Made by a program: the position numbers and the translations under genes. Shown piece after piece: positions 25,496-40,917 of a DNA stretch of 64,000 bases (positions are counted from its first letter, which is position 1; each line of letters begins with the position of its first letter). The notes beneath the pieces were generated by a model. That model was not told where the DNA came from and ran no database searches. It worked only from the letters and a program-made list of their open reading frames with translations. Location: positions 30,628,001 to 30,692,000 of the forward strand of contig OX597826.1 of the NCBI GenBank assembly GCA_951406725.2, read 5' to 3'. The DNA is from Octopus vulgaris (taxonomy: Eukaryota).

Positions 25496-25782
25496 CAGTG
25501 GCAGAATGGCCAGCTTGCCCAATGGCAAGTGGGTGCCTGCACCATTAGAATCCATATATGGGAGCCTGTGTCAGTATATAAGGTGCCCATCCCCTCAAGT
25601 TTGAGAATTTTTTATTCACTCCTGGAAGAACGCATTAATTATTTCAGCCTGGCTGTTTGTAGACAGTTGAAAAGAATACTTTTTACAAAAAAAAAATAAT
25701 AAATTAAATGAGAGCATTGTAGTTGCAGGTGGGCCCCCATAGTCTCCTGGCAACCAATATTTTTAGACCCAGTCAGCCACTG
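25496..25782. mobile_element. hAT-type MITE
   Basis: TIRs CAGTGGC / GCCACTG and a degenerate 8-bp TSD (tacacata / cacacaca). Confidence 0.55.
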
Positions 25783-26332
25783 CACACACATGCATATTTT
25801 TTAAGCATCAATGTAATGTAGGGAGCATTAAGAAACTAACAATATCTCACATAAAGCGTTATTATACACCAAGAACTCTTTCATAGGATTATCTCCTTAC
25901 ATGTCTTATCAGTCAGGAAAAAAATACAGTTTTATTCCATGTTGCCAGATTTCTCTGCAAGGCCCTGGTTATAAAAGGGAGGTTGATCTAGTGGTTGTTA
26001 TTGCTGTTGTTTAGCCCCAGATGAGTCCTGAGCGAACAAATCTAGCTGGGACCACCTCTTCATTTTCCTAAGTGCATTGGACCCAGGACCACATAAACCA
26101 AAGCGTCCTTTGTTTTTAAAACAGAAGAATGTAATATGAGGGAAACTTGTTGCCTTTTTCTAGCAAGTCGAACAATCACGCAGAGGCTCTATTGATGGTT
26201 TACAGTTCCAGTGGTGATAGCAGCAGCAGCAGTAGTGGTAATAGTAGTAGTTGGAAAAGTAGCAGGTGACTAGGGACAGTAGAAGTAGTAATTTAAGAAG
26301 CTTAGTAGTAGTAGTAGTAGTAGTAGTAGTAA

Positions 26333-26382
<50 letters not shown>

Positions 26383-27213
26383 TAGTGATGGTGGTAGTGG
26401 TAGTTATGTTGGTGATAGTAGTAGTGATGGTGACAAGATATTAATTGCTGTTTTCTGTAGTAGTAGTAGTAGTAGTGATGGTGGCATTCATGGCAGTTCA
26501 GTAGTGATGATGATGATGATGATGATGATAGTGATAGTAGTCATATAAAACTAAACAAAAAAAAAAAAGAATTTCTTGTGGTGTTGATGGTGTTGTTATA
26601 GTTGTGGTCCTGTTGGCTGATTCCCAAACCAAAAGTTTAAATATTGGCATTCTCCAGTCAATTTTCACCTAGTTTATGTCAATAAAGGGCAGGTTGCAAT
26701 ATATTTAAGAGCCAGCACTGTTAAGATGACCATGATGATGATGATGGTAATCATCATCATCGTTATTGTCGTCATCATCATCATCATCATCATCACCGTC
26801 AGCAGCAATATTAGCTGCAGCAACATTGCCATAATTATTATTATTGTTGTTGTTGTTGTTGTTGTTACAGAGAATGAAAGACAAATCGCATAATTTAAAC
26901 AACATCCGGGCAGAGGAATTGAAACAGAAATTATAAACACTATACACACACGACTGTGTGTGTGTATGTGTGTGAGCCTGGACCAGAATGCATGTGCAAA
27001 TCTGTATGCATTTGTACATGAATGTTACATTATATATATACACACACACACAAACATATATATATACAGCTATAAATAGATATATATATACACACACACA
27101 CATATAGAGAGATATAGATAGATATATACATATATATGTACACACACACACGCACACACATATATGTACATACACGCACGCATATATATATAGATATAAA
27201 TACATATATATGT

Positions 27214-27245
<32 letters not shown>

Positions 27246-29557
27246 GTATGTACATGTGAACATACGCATATATACATGTACATGCATGTACATGAGTAGA
27301 TATGTGTGCATATATAGCATATTTATGCATGTGTACAAATATAATAATGTGTATATACACACATACATTTACATGAATGCATATATTTATGTGAGCATTT
27401 ATGCATCTGTATGAGACACAAAGTATGGATTGAATTCTAGGTAAAAAGAGCTTTCAGGATGTGTATATGCCAACAGTAAACTCTAGCAGAACAATATACC
27501 ATTCTTTATCAATGGAATTTGCTAGATTCGAGTTGCTAATAAGGTTTAATTTAGGTATCATTATCTTTACATAATTTTGAAACCAGAAGTTTCAAAATTG
27601 GAATTTGTCCAAGATTCTTCATAAAACTAATAGACACAACATAACAGAAGTGACCATATATAATAAATATTCATGGAAGGAACCAGTGGCAGGGGTGGGG
27701 AGGTAATTTAGAGTAAAGGGGACGATTTAGCCCTGCCAGATACAATGTCCCTTATGCCGGTTTGTTTGTTCATTTGTTCTTGTGTCAACTTTTCTATGCT
27801 AGAATGAATTAAGTGAATACATTGCTGAGATATTGTTTTGCAGGTGAATGCCCTTCCTGTTGCTAACTCTTAACTGTTTTTTCAAGAACAGTATCTTTTA
27901 TTTCATGCATCTTTGAAAGCACAAAGCCATCGGACAATTTGCTGAATGCGAAATGACATCAAGCGCAAATGTAAACAAGCACTCACATATTCTTTTCTAC
28001 TCTAGGCACAAGGCTCGAAATTTTGCGGGAGGGGGCCAGTCAATTTGATCGACTCTGGTACACAACTAATACTTAATTTATCAACCGTGAAAGGATGAAA
28101 GGCAAAGTTGACCTCGGTGGAATTTGAACTCAGAACATAAAGACAGACATAATACCGCTAAGCAATTCAACCGGCATGCTAATGTTTCTGCCAGCTCACT
28201 GCCTTATAAAACACTCACATATTATTTTCTACTCTAGGCACAAGGCCCGAAATTTTGGAGTCAACTTGTTTGACTAAAGGCAGTGCTCCAGCATGGTTAC
28301 AATCAAATAACTAAAACAAATAAAAGAACAACAGAATGTATATGTGTATGTTTAATCTTTGTATGCTCTTCAATGACTCTTTGGCAAGATTTTTTTTTTT
28401 ATTCCAGTGTCCATACCCAGCTTTAGTTATTTGTAAAAACAAGTACAACCTCAAAATTATTACTAACACACACAGGATAGTTACATTATACTTGATACCA
28501 CTTCTAAACTTTATGTACTCAGTGACAGTTTAGTATCAACAGCCCACTCTATCAAACAGTATTATTCATATATTTTAATGACATATTCATTATAACTAAT
28601 TAAAGAATACAGAAGCTGCTGTTTTAATTAGTAGCTACAGAATGTAGTGTATATTCTGACAAAAAACATCATTGTTTTCATATTGTTATGTCTCTATTCA
28701 AGTGATACAATAAAGTTCTAAGGGATATTTTATTTACAATAAGGTTATAAAATATATTTTTACTAAAACTGTCATCTTAAAAATCATACATCATAAATTC
28801 CACACCTCTGCACTTTGTAAGAATAGCACCAATTTGTGTGATGGGTGTGTGTGTGTGTGTGTGGTGTGTATTTCTCTTACATAAATATTGTTGTCATAGC
28901 GCCAATTAATTTTTGATTATTTTTAAAGAGCACTTTTCAATGAAAAATATCTCACTATAAAATTGAATTGTGTAGTGTACCAGGCTTTTATTCACACAAA
29001 TATATACGTGTGTGTGTGTGTGTATTTTTATGTGTGTGTGTGTGTATGCATAGATATACAAACTGCACATCATCATCATCATCGTTTAACATCCATTTTC
29101 CATGCTGGCATGGATTGGACAGTTCGACTGGGGTCTGAGAAGCCAGGAGGCCGCACCAGGATCCAGTCTGACCTAGCAGTGTTTCTACAGCTGGATGCCC
29201 TTCCTTATGCCAACCCCTCCAAGAGTGTAGTGGGTGCGTTTTTATGTGCCCACTTTCCCAAAAATTTCAGACCTTGTGCCTAGAGTAGAAAAGAATATTT
29301 GACATTTATCCTAAGGCGGCAAGCTGGCAGAATTGTTAGCACGCCAGGTGAAATGCTTAGCAGTACTTTGTCTGTCTTTGTTCTGAGTTCAAATTCCGCT
29401 GAGGTCGACTTTGCCTTTCATCCTTTCGGGGTCGATAAATTAAGTACCAGTTACGTACTGAAATCAATCTAATTGACTGCCCCCCATAACCTCCCCAAAA
29501 ATTTCAGGCCTTGTGCCTAGAATAGAAAAGATTATTTGACGTTTATCCTATTCACTA

Positions 29558-29588
<31 letters not shown>

Positions 29589-32240
29589 CCTATGTTTGTT
29601 GACATCTGTTCTCTAGATGTCATGAGCTACGATTTTGTCATTTCTCCCTCCAAGAAATGAACAAAAGTGCTTCTGAAGACATGTGAAATGAGAAATTCTG
29701 TACTTTAGAAAGCTAGGTAAAAGTTAGTGACAGCAAAGTTATCCAGTTATAAAACAATGCCCCGATAATGTATTCACCTAACCCATGCCAGCATAGAAAA
29801 CAAGCATATAAACAAACAACACACACACATATATACACACATACATATACTTAAATGTACACACACATGTATATGCATGTGTGCAAGTACATGCATCAGG
29901 CTGGGTTTCAACACTCCTAACAAAGATATCACAATATTATACAGTTATTATTATATATAAGCCTAATTCTATAACGAGTTATTAATTAGCTTTTCAATAC
30001 ACTCCCTACCCACTATATATATATTTATTCCCTAATATTATTATTACATATATATATATATATATATATCCACTCTTCTGTATTACTGAGTTTTCAATGA
30101 GGGTTTATTGTTCAAAATGGAAACTTTCGTTATAGTACTGCATGTGCTTTTTCTCTCAACAACTCATGCATTTTCTATAGAAAATTGGCAAATAATTGAC
30201 CTCCCACAAAACAAGTAGCATTGAGGTTAAGGATGTCAGAACCATGATTAAGTATTCTGGAACCATGCTATCATCCCATTGGATACAAAGGAATAATAGC
30301 ATAAAATTACATAACTGGTTATTAGTTCAGTAATATATTAGCTTGTACAACCACAGGTACATACTTACATTCAAGAAAATGTGGGAGTATCTATGGAGTC
30401 ATTGCGCTTGCAAGACATAGCAGCTAAATCACTCTCACATTACACCCTACCATCTCATATAAAGACAGGATACTTTAACCATTTAGCATTTAAACCTACC
30501 ACACAAAAAGTACATGCGCTAGTGTCACATAAAAAGCACCCACTACACTCTGTAAAGGGCATCCAACCAGAGAAACCATGTCCAAAAGTGGTGAGCCGGC
30601 AGAAACGTTAACATGCTGGGCGAAATGCTTAGCGGTATTTCGGATGCCATTATGTACTGAGTTCAAATTCCGCCAAGGTCAACTTTGCCTTTCATCCTTT
30701 CAGGGTTGATAAATTAAGTACCAGTTATGCACTGGGGTCGATGTAATCCTCTATTGTCCCCTCTATGTTTAGCCCCTTGTGGGCAATAAAGAAATAAGAA
30801 ACCATGTCCAAATAGACAATTGGAGCTTGGTGAAGTTCTCCTGTTCGTCAGCTCTTTATCAAGCTGTCCAACCTATGTCAGCATGGAAAAACGGATGTTA
30901 AATGATGATGATATTCAACCCAAATATTCTACATGTTTTGTGTTCAAACTGGCCAGATCCAGCCTCTCACACCTACCCTACAATGTCATTCCAAAAACAA
31001 CCAGTCCCATCCTCAAAATCTCAAAACTATGCAGGACTAATTCAAAACAACGTGAATAAACAAGCATTACATTTGACAGAGTACTCTGAATGTTGAAGAG
31101 ATGAATAATGTAACCCTTCACATTCCTAGGTGCATGGTTCAGTGGTTAGAGCATCACCCTCACAATCATGAGCTAATGAGTTCAATTTCTGGACTGGGCT
31201 GTGTGTTGTGTTCTTGAGCAAGACTATTTCATGTTGCTCCAGTTCACTCATCTGTAGAAATGAGTTGCGATGTCCCTGGTGCCAAGCTGTATCGGCCCCT
31301 TTGCCTTTCCCTTGGATAACATTAGTGGTGTGAAGAAGGGGAGACTGATATGCATGGGAGACTACTAGTCTTCCATAAACAATCTTGCCTGGACTTGTGC
31401 CTTGGAGGGTAACTTTCAAGGTGCAATCTCATGGTCATTCATAACTAAAGGGGGTCCTTTCATATTCTTAAAAGGAAGAATGATTGTGACTGAACTGACT
31501 AGGATCATAAAACTGGTCGATCAGAGTTGGCCTAGGGTTAAACAACTACAACAACAACAACATACATGTGCACATGAAGCAATGTCTTGCTTCTGGAACT
31601 GCCTAAAAGAATGTGTGTTCTATGTTTGCAATGTGCAGAGTGAAATTGCAAAGGCTCCAGGAAAAAGAATGTAACAAAACCATGAAAACGAGTTTCAAGA
31701 AATTTAAAGCTGGCCTGAGTCAGCACCCTAACCTCAAATAGATGTTGTTAAGATTTCTTGTAAAGAACAGGTTTGTATCAAGTGGAAAGAGATGAATTCT
31801 GGGGTTTCAAAAAGTCAACTTTTTGGGCAAAGAACAGAGACAATTCTTTAAGGAAAGCCATTTTAGAAATTGTAAACAATATATTTAGAGCACAATTTAT
31901 GTGTGCAAGAATTTTACTTGTGATATTAATATTGGTTTTAAATTTTAGCACAAGGCCAGCAATTTCTGGGGAGGTGTTAAGTTGATTATGTCGGCTCCAG
32001 AACTCAATTCTTTCTAATTTTGGTACATGGTCACCATTTTGAGGGCTGTGGGTAAGATGATTGTATCAACTCCAGTACTTGACTGGTATTCTATTTTATT
32101 ACCCCCACCCTGAAAGGATGAAAGGCAAAGGTGACCTCAGCAGGATCTGAACTCAGAATGTGAAGAGCCAGAAAAAATGCTGCTAAGGATTTTGTCCAAC
32201 ACATTAACAATTCGGCCAGTTCAATCCCTTTCAATATATC

Positions 32241-32276
<36 letters not shown>

Positions 32277-32897
32277 AATAATAATTGTAGTAGGTACAGG
32301 TGTGGTTCTGTGATAAGAAATTTACTTATTAACCACATGGTTCTGGGTTCAGTCTCAGAGCACTGTATCTTGGGTAAGTGTCGTCTACTATGGCTCCAAA
32401 ATGACCAAAGCCTTTGTGAGTGGATTTGATAAGCTTGTCATATGTGTGTGTGTCTGCATCTGTGTGCATATGCATGCATGCGTGTATGTGCATGCATGTG
32501 TATGTGTTGTGTCCCTTTGTCTTGACATCACATGACAGTCGTAAAATAAGCGTCATTATCATTTGAGTAGTTCCAAACATTTTTGCAATATTCAGCCAAA
32601 ACATGTCTGGTCATGGGCAAAAAATGACCTTGTTCGGAAACAGGTGAGGACTGGTGAAAGAAAGGTCATCCTGCCATAGAGAATCTGCCACAATAAATTC
32701 AGTCTGACCCATACAACATGGAAAAATGGACATTAAAAGGAATAATAAAATCTATACAGCATAAAAAAAAAGTATTTTGTGTGGGAAAACACCACAGAGT
32801 ATTTTTATTTGAAAGTATTGGGGTTTTTCTTTTGGTTTTTGTGGTTTCTTTGTTGACATTTTACACCTTTCACCAATATATCACACACACACACACA

Positions 32898-32947
<50 letters not shown>

Positions 32948-32979
32948 TATATATACATATATACATATTATATTATGAT

Positions 32980-33170
32980 GGACTATCCTTTCTGACAGTC
33001 ATTTGGAATCAGTACATGAGCTGGGAATTATGAGTACCGATGTGTTGTTTCATAAACATATTACCAAAATGGCAACAAACTACAGAGAGGACCAGCAGGA
33101 TATGCTCTAAAAACATTTGCATCAACGAAACACAGTCATGTCGGTCCTGTGGAAGACCCTTTTCTCCATC
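32980..33170 (+). pseudogene. decayed LINE reverse-transcriptase fragment (CR1/L2-like)
   Basis: ESVHELGIMSTDVLFHKHITKMAT...KTFAS...VMSVLWKTL resembles the ..DLGV....L.F..HI......LRTF thumb region; frameshifted. Confidence 0.55.
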
Positions 33171-34456
33171 TTCAGAATTTCTACTCTTCCCAGCAAGGGT
33201 CCCCTCATTAAGTAAATCTCATGCTTAACTAGAAGCAATCAAATGGTCCAAAAGTGCTAACCTAATGACCACCACCATATAAACCCACCCCATGTTCCCC
33301 CTTTTATTCAATACTTCTCTTAGCCTTTCTAAAAATTTGAAATACTGGTCTGGATTCTTTTTCAATTGTATTTTCTAGCATACAAGTCAACATTATATAT
33401 TGTGTACACATTCAAACCTTGTCACTATCTTTCCAAATCCTGCTACATTCTGCATGTAATTTTTGGTCCGCCAAAGTCACCTTGGTATCTAAATCAACCT
33501 GCCTTTTGTGGTTCTAAATTTTGGTCCAAAAAGTTCAACGAGTATGCCAGAAAATGCAGTAATTTTTCTTCTAAAGAATGGCTTTCCTCTAAGTCTTTCT
33601 CCTCTAGGTCTGTCTTTTAGAATAGCTTTCTTCCAGGTCTGTTCTACACATAATTTTCTCCCATTTTAAAAACTGCAATAGTTCAAATTCTTTATTTGAT
33701 GCACTAATCTTTCCAGATTATTATCCCTGTGGAGGTGCATGGTCTTGTAATTCAAGTGTTGGGTTCATAAATTTTGAATTGTGGTTTCAGTTTTCAGATA
33801 AAAGCTGCATGTTGTGTCCTTGACCAAAACATTTCTTTTCACATTTCTAAAGTACAATGCATTCACCTTTCAGGCACCAGTCACCACTAAAGAAAAGAAG
33901 TTTAACTCTGCAAGAACTAGCATCCCATTAAGAAAGGGAGGGTCTCTGCACTCCAAATAAATTCCAGCCTCATGATCCTGTTCACAAGACACGCATAATG
34001 GGGTCGACAATAGCTATGACTATTTCCTCTCTTCTTACTCTTTGAATGGATAAAAACAAATTCTTTATCTCATTTAAGTCTTGTGAAGTTATTATTTAGG
34101 GGTTAATATAAATAGCTTACATGTAGGCTTTCACATGTGGTTACAAGTAAGTTTGTCAGGAAGACTAATATGAAGATATTGGCATGTAGATTTTTCTCAT
34201 AAGTTTTTCACATGTGGGTTTTTTAAACTTTTGAACAAAGTAGGATTTGTTCTGTGTAGGGTTGGTATGTAGAACAAAGTAGAACATAGGAGCAATGAAT
34301 AGAGATCACATGTTGCCATAACCTGTATCAGTAACATATAGGAGTGTTATGGAGGAGTGACATGACATGTAGGATAAACATGTAGGGTTGAGGTGTACAG
34401 GACTCAAATATAAGTTTGTTCCTATAGGCATTGCCAATTTTGATGTAATGTTCTGG

Positions 34457-34631
34457 TCATGTGGTACTGACATTAGATGAGCCAACGCAGTTGAGATTGA
34501 AAAGGATAGAGCGCAGGTTCAGTTCTAGGAAAGAGTAGTCTTGTTGATTAGAACTGCAAGTAGAAGTGGAACGACTTAGTTCCTGGATCAATGCTGTGAT
34601 GGAATACACATCAAACAGCTTTTTGTTATGC
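34457..34631 (-). CDS. CCDC138: CCDC138 terminal coding exon
   Basis: Acceptor tcttttcag|G, then (R)HNKKLFDVYSITALIQELSRSTSTCSSNQQDYSFLELNLRSILFNLNCVGSSNVSTT* with TGA at 34459-34457. Resembles the recalled vertebrate CCDC138 C-terminus (NKKLFE...FLCINLNSTLFNL). Phase matches the preceding exon. Confidence 0.88.
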
Positions 34632-34891
34632 CTGAAAAGAAACAAAAATATAGCATATAGATATATATATAGAAACATATAGATATACATAGAAACATAT
34701 AGATAAATATATATAGAAAAAGTAGATATATAGAAAAAGTGATAAGATTTTTCTTCATTTAGAAGAATGATAGTAGTGATGGTGATAGATAGGTAACCAA
34801 TAACAATAAATGGTAATGATGGTGAAGGAAAGAAGGAAGGAACCCCGCCCTTCAGTGCTTAAAATATAAGAAATAACTGAATTAGTCTTAC

Positions 34892-35082
34892 CGAATTTTT
34901 GAGAGTTTCTGCAAAATGATGCTGAGTTTCTCAAATATTTTATCATCCATATTGACTGCACGCAGCACTACAGCAACCGTCCGGAACCAAGTTTCATTGC
35001 TGCAACTCGTTAGGAATTGGTTCAAATGAGGAGACTCCATTGACAACGGCAAGAACACGTCAACGGCATTGTTAACCAGAGT
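34892..35082 (-). CDS. CCDC138: CCDC138 penultimate coding exon
   Basis: aatttcag|...|gtaaga, 191 nt (63 codons + 2 nt): TLVNNAVDVFLPLSMESPHLNQFLTSCSNETWFRTVAVVLRAVNMDDKIFEKLSIILQKLSKI(R). Contains the CCDC138-like EKLSIILQKLSKI. Missed by the ORF track. Confidence 0.9.
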
Positions 35083-35371
35083 CTGAAATTTAGGAATCTT
35101 GGGTCATGATTCTCTTAACATTTTGGGGGTCAATGTTACAAAAGGACCAACACTCTATCTGCACAGTATCAGTTACACACAGACTCATTTCACACCAAAA
35201 GCTGTCTTTTACATGTACACTTGACTGGCTAGAATTAGCAGCCTAATTTCCTTCAAATCACACCTGATGATCTTATAAAAGTATTCCAAAGTCAGCTTTG
35301 CTGTTAATCCTGCTGTTCACTTGAAATTGTTGGCCCTGTGCTTGAATGAGAAACCATTATTATTATTATTA

Positions 35372-35426
<55 letters not shown>

Positions 35427-36269
35427 ATTCTGAGTTCAAATTCTGCCGAGGTCAACTTTCGTTTTCATCTTTTCGGGGTTGATAAAATAAGTACTAGTTG
35501 TACACTGGGGTCAATGTAATTGCCTCATCCCCCACCTCCCCTAAGCTGCCCTTGAAGCAAAAGCTTGAAATTATTATTATTATTATTATTACTATTCTTC
35601 TTATTATTATTATCATTATTATTATGAAATGCTTAGCAGTATTTCGCCTTTGCTACATTCTGAGTTCAAATTCCATTGAGTTTGACTTTGTATTTCATCC
35701 TTTCGGGGTCAATAAAATAAGTACCAGTTACATACTGGGGGTCAATCTAATTGACTCATCCCCCCACCTCCCACAATTTTCAAAGGTAGTGAACTGGCAG
35801 AATTGTCAGCATGGAACTCAAAATTGATAAAGTGTGTAGAATAATGGTTAGCATATCTGTCATGGATCCAGATGATGTGGGTTCAAGTTACACATGCAAC
35901 CTTTAGCTTTTTTTTCCCCATCCAAGATAAATTAGCTGTATTTAAGAAGCACATCCATCAATAGAGGCCTCGTGAGAAAATTAACCACATGAACAAGATG
36001 CAGTCCTGTAATTCCCCTAAGGAAGCAGTGCTTCCAATTATGCCCTGACTTTGACCAAGGTAACCCATCCAGGTCACACAACCATAGAAAACATACATGA
36101 ACCCACACATGCACAAATACATATACAAAGAAAAGCATACACACATATGCATATGTACACACACACACATGCATATGTACACACAGAAACATACACAGAT
36201 TTGTCGCAAATGAACAAAATCTCGCAAAAGCAAAGAATGAGACAGTTAAAAAGATTTCAATTGTCAAAC

Positions 36270-36394
36270 CTTGTGAATGGGTTTCAAATACTGCAACACA
36301 ACAGGAGTTCCTTGATAAAAGAGGAACAATTCTTTACCACGATCAGATTTCAGCTCATTCTTCAGGTCATCGAGTACATTGGCTAAGAAATCCA
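36270..36394 (-). CDS. CCDC138: CCDC138 antepenultimate coding exon
   Basis: aatttccag|...|gtttga, 125 nt (2 nt + 41 codons): DFLANVLDDLKNELKSDRGKELFLFYQGTPVVLQYLKPIHK, similar to recalled DYLAQAFDSLCLDLKTEEGKTLFLEYQAVPVILSHL. Phase-0 end fits the next exon. Confidence 0.88.
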
Positions 36395-38811
36395 CTGGAA
36401 ATTGGAAATAAAAAAATTAAAAAATGTATATGTTATTCTTTAACTTGTTTCAGTCATTTAACTGTGACCATGCTTGAGTACCACTTGTAGCCAAACAAAT
36501 CAACCCCAAGTCCTATTCTTTGTAAGCTTAGTACTTATTCTACCACTAAGTTACAGGGGATGTAAACACACCAGCATCGGTTGTCAAGTGATGGTGGGGA
36601 GACAAGCACAGATACACAAATGCATATGTGTGTATATATATATATCACCATGATCACCATGATCGACCAGGCTATCAGATGTTGCTACACATCACTGGTC
36701 ACAATGTGCTTCACATTGTTTTAGCCTTCAAGTGACGTTACCTCGCTTGCTAAGCAAACAGGCCAACAGAAGAAAGAGTGAGAGAGAGTTGTGGTGAAAG
36801 AGTACAGCAGGGATCACCCCCCCCCCTACCAGAGCCTCATGGAGATTTAGGTGTTTTCACTCAATAAACACTCACAACGCCCGGTCTGGGAATCAAAACT
36901 GCGATCCTACGACTATGAGTCCGCAGCCCTAACCATTGGGCCATTGCGCCTCAACTTATATATATATACAAATGTGAGTCAAAAAGTAAGACCATTTTGT
37001 TTAGGACAGGTTATTCAGGTTATAAAATTCCTTTTTCTTTTAAGTATTCCCCCCAGAAGGGGTAAGCTTCTATACCTCAACAATTACAAGTTGGCTCTTT
37101 TTGTACTATGCTTGTTTACAATATTTTTGCCATGGGGAACTTATATGGAGGATGATGTGTTTCTTTATGAAGCTGAAGCTCACCTTTATAAATATTACCA
37201 GCTGCTGAACAGGAGTTGAACAACTGGTATCATTTATGGTAGTTTTCCAAATAATTTCAATAACACCAAATAGGAACAGGCTTAAACCACAGTGACTCAT
37301 CCGATCCATGCTAGCATGGAAATCCATACATGCACACAAATTGACATCACTGGCTTGAGTGCAAGGACTCATAGGACAGGTTACTCAGCTTCCATGGTGC
37401 ATAATTGACTGAGATGATAACATTTCCCCTGGATAAGATGTCAGTCCACCACAGGATTACAGGTTTAGAGCCAGCTGGACTGGAGTAACACAAGAACACT
37501 ATGCACCTCCTGGTCCAAAGATAGAAACCATGTTCTTGTGAATGTGAGTGCAACACCATAACCATAAGGCAATGCATCTTCACATACGTATGTGTCAAAT
37601 GAGAGTGTGTATGTGTATGCATGTGCCCGTGTGTATTTTTGTGTGAGTGAGTGTGTATAGACACACAGACATCTTTTATCTATTATCTTTTACTTGTTTC
37701 AGTCATTAAACTGTGGCCATGCTGGGGCACCGCCTTGAATTTTTAGTCGAATGAATCAACCCCAGTACTTTTTTTTGTAAGCCTAGTACTTATTCTATCG
37801 GTCTCTTTTGCTGAACTGCTAAGTTACAGGGATGTAAACACATCAACACTGGTTGTCAAGCAGTGATGGGTGAACAAAGACATATACACATAGATATATA
37901 TACATATATATATTTGACAGGCTTCTTTCAGTTTCCGTCTACCAAATTTACTCACAAGCACACAAACACACACACAAACATATACGACAGTCTTCTTTCA
38001 GTTTCCGTCTACTGAATCTACTCACAAGGCTTTGGTTGGCCCATGGCTATAGTAGAAGACACTTGCCCAAGGTGCCATGCAATGGTACTGAACCCGGAAC
38101 CTTGTATACCATCATAATCCTTTAACTTCTGTCTTCCATGCTGGAATAAGTTGAATGGTTCAACAACATCCTCAAAGCCAGAGGACTGCAGTGAGCTCCA
38201 ATGTCTGCTTCGTAATGCCAGCCACTCTACAGGCTGCACTAAGTGCTTTTCTCCATGGCACCAACACTAGTGAGGTTACCAAGCAACTCACAAGACAAGA
38301 TCCTCCACACACACACACGTGCATCACATACATACACAGACATATATGCTATAAGAGGCACACTCGCTTCACCTGTCAGAAAGTATAGAAATACCTCCAA
38401 ATGTGACCAGATCTGGTTCAACATTCAAATATATCATTTCACACATGTTCACAGGGGAAAATGGCTATGGAATGGTGATGGTGATGGTTGTGGTGGCGGT
38501 GGTGGTGATGGTGGCAGTGGTGGTGGTGTGTAATGATAATACTTCACAATTACAAAGAAGGAAGGTGGGAAAATAATAACAAAACTGAAATATATTATAA
38601 TGATGGGAATAGTTTAATACAATTAAATATTTCGTTATCTGTGTGATGTATGTGAGCATTATTGAGAGTATATGTATATAAGCATTAATGTGTGCAAATA
38701 TATATTTATATATATAGATATGTAATATATACACAGATACACACACACATAATATATACATACATATATGTATATATATATGTGTGTGTGTGTGTGTGTA
38801 TATATACATAC

Positions 38812-38854
<43 letters not shown>

Positions 38855-39196
38855 CAGCCTTCTGGCTTCCCAGATCCCCAGTCGAACCGTCCAACCCATG
38901 CTAGCATGGAGAATGGACGTTAAACGATGATGATGATGATGATGATATATATATATATATGATAGGTATGTGTTTATGAATGTGTGAATTTCCTTGTTTC
39001 TAAGCATATGTATAAAGTTGTGTGTGCGCGTGAGAGAGAGAGGGAGAGAGTGAGATGTAGCAGCATCCGTTTTTAACATCTGGCAACAAATCATTAGTGA
39101 AAAGTAAAAAAGTAAAATAAAATAAAAACAAAATGAAATTATTCAGGTGCACACTGATATATACATAAGAACAGATAATTTATATATACATTAATG

Positions 39197-39280
<84 letters not shown>

Positions 39281-39441
39281 GATAAGCATATTCATATACA
39301 CACACATTAATACAAATATACATCCACACACAATAAGGCAATTATATCTGCATGCATAAATATGCACACAAGTTAATGCAAATATATCAACACGCAAAAG
39401 ATACAGCATGTAGGGAGAACATTGCACACATCTTACACACA

Positions 39442-39485
<44 letters not shown>

Positions 39486-39679
39486 CACTCAGAAATGCAT
39501 AACATGATATGTATATATGTTTGTGTGTGTGTATATATGCATGCATGTATGTATGTATGTATGCATGTACATACATATATGTATGCATATAGTTATAAAT
39601 GCACACATGTATGTATATATGTATGTATGTCTGAATATATGTATGCATGAATATATGTATATACATACACATATGTATG

Positions 39680-39710
<31 letters not shown>

Positions 39711-39729
39711 ATATATATGTGTGTGTGTG

Positions 39730-40355
<626 letters not shown>

Positions 40356-40872
40356 TACACAAACCATTGAGGCTTTATACATATTCAACATTTCAGTAAC
40401 TGCAATTACCCAAGCCCGCTACTACCACCACCGCAACCACAACAACCACAACAACAACAGCAACAGGAGCGGCAATTAAACAAAACAACACAAAGCAGCT
40501 TCTCCAACAATTCCAGACTATTTTATGTGGAATTAGATATTCATGAAATAAGAAATGAAGAGAACAATTTAGCAGTGAATGCTTTGCAATCAAGTTGCGA
40601 CATGCATCTAATTATCCAGGCTTATCCTATGTCTTTAAACCACAATGAGTAGTAATGGCTGCAGGCGATTTTGGCAGCAAGCAACACCGATTCTAAAGAC
40701 TATAGACATGACAAGTAATATCAATCTAGCACACACTCACACACATTTGTTACATTTATTAATACATACATACATCTCTCTCCCTCTCTTTATATTTGTG
40801 TTGGTGTGTGTGTGTATGGATTAATAAATGTATACATTAATACACATATCACACACATAATATACCTACATA

Positions 40873-40917
<45 letters not shown>

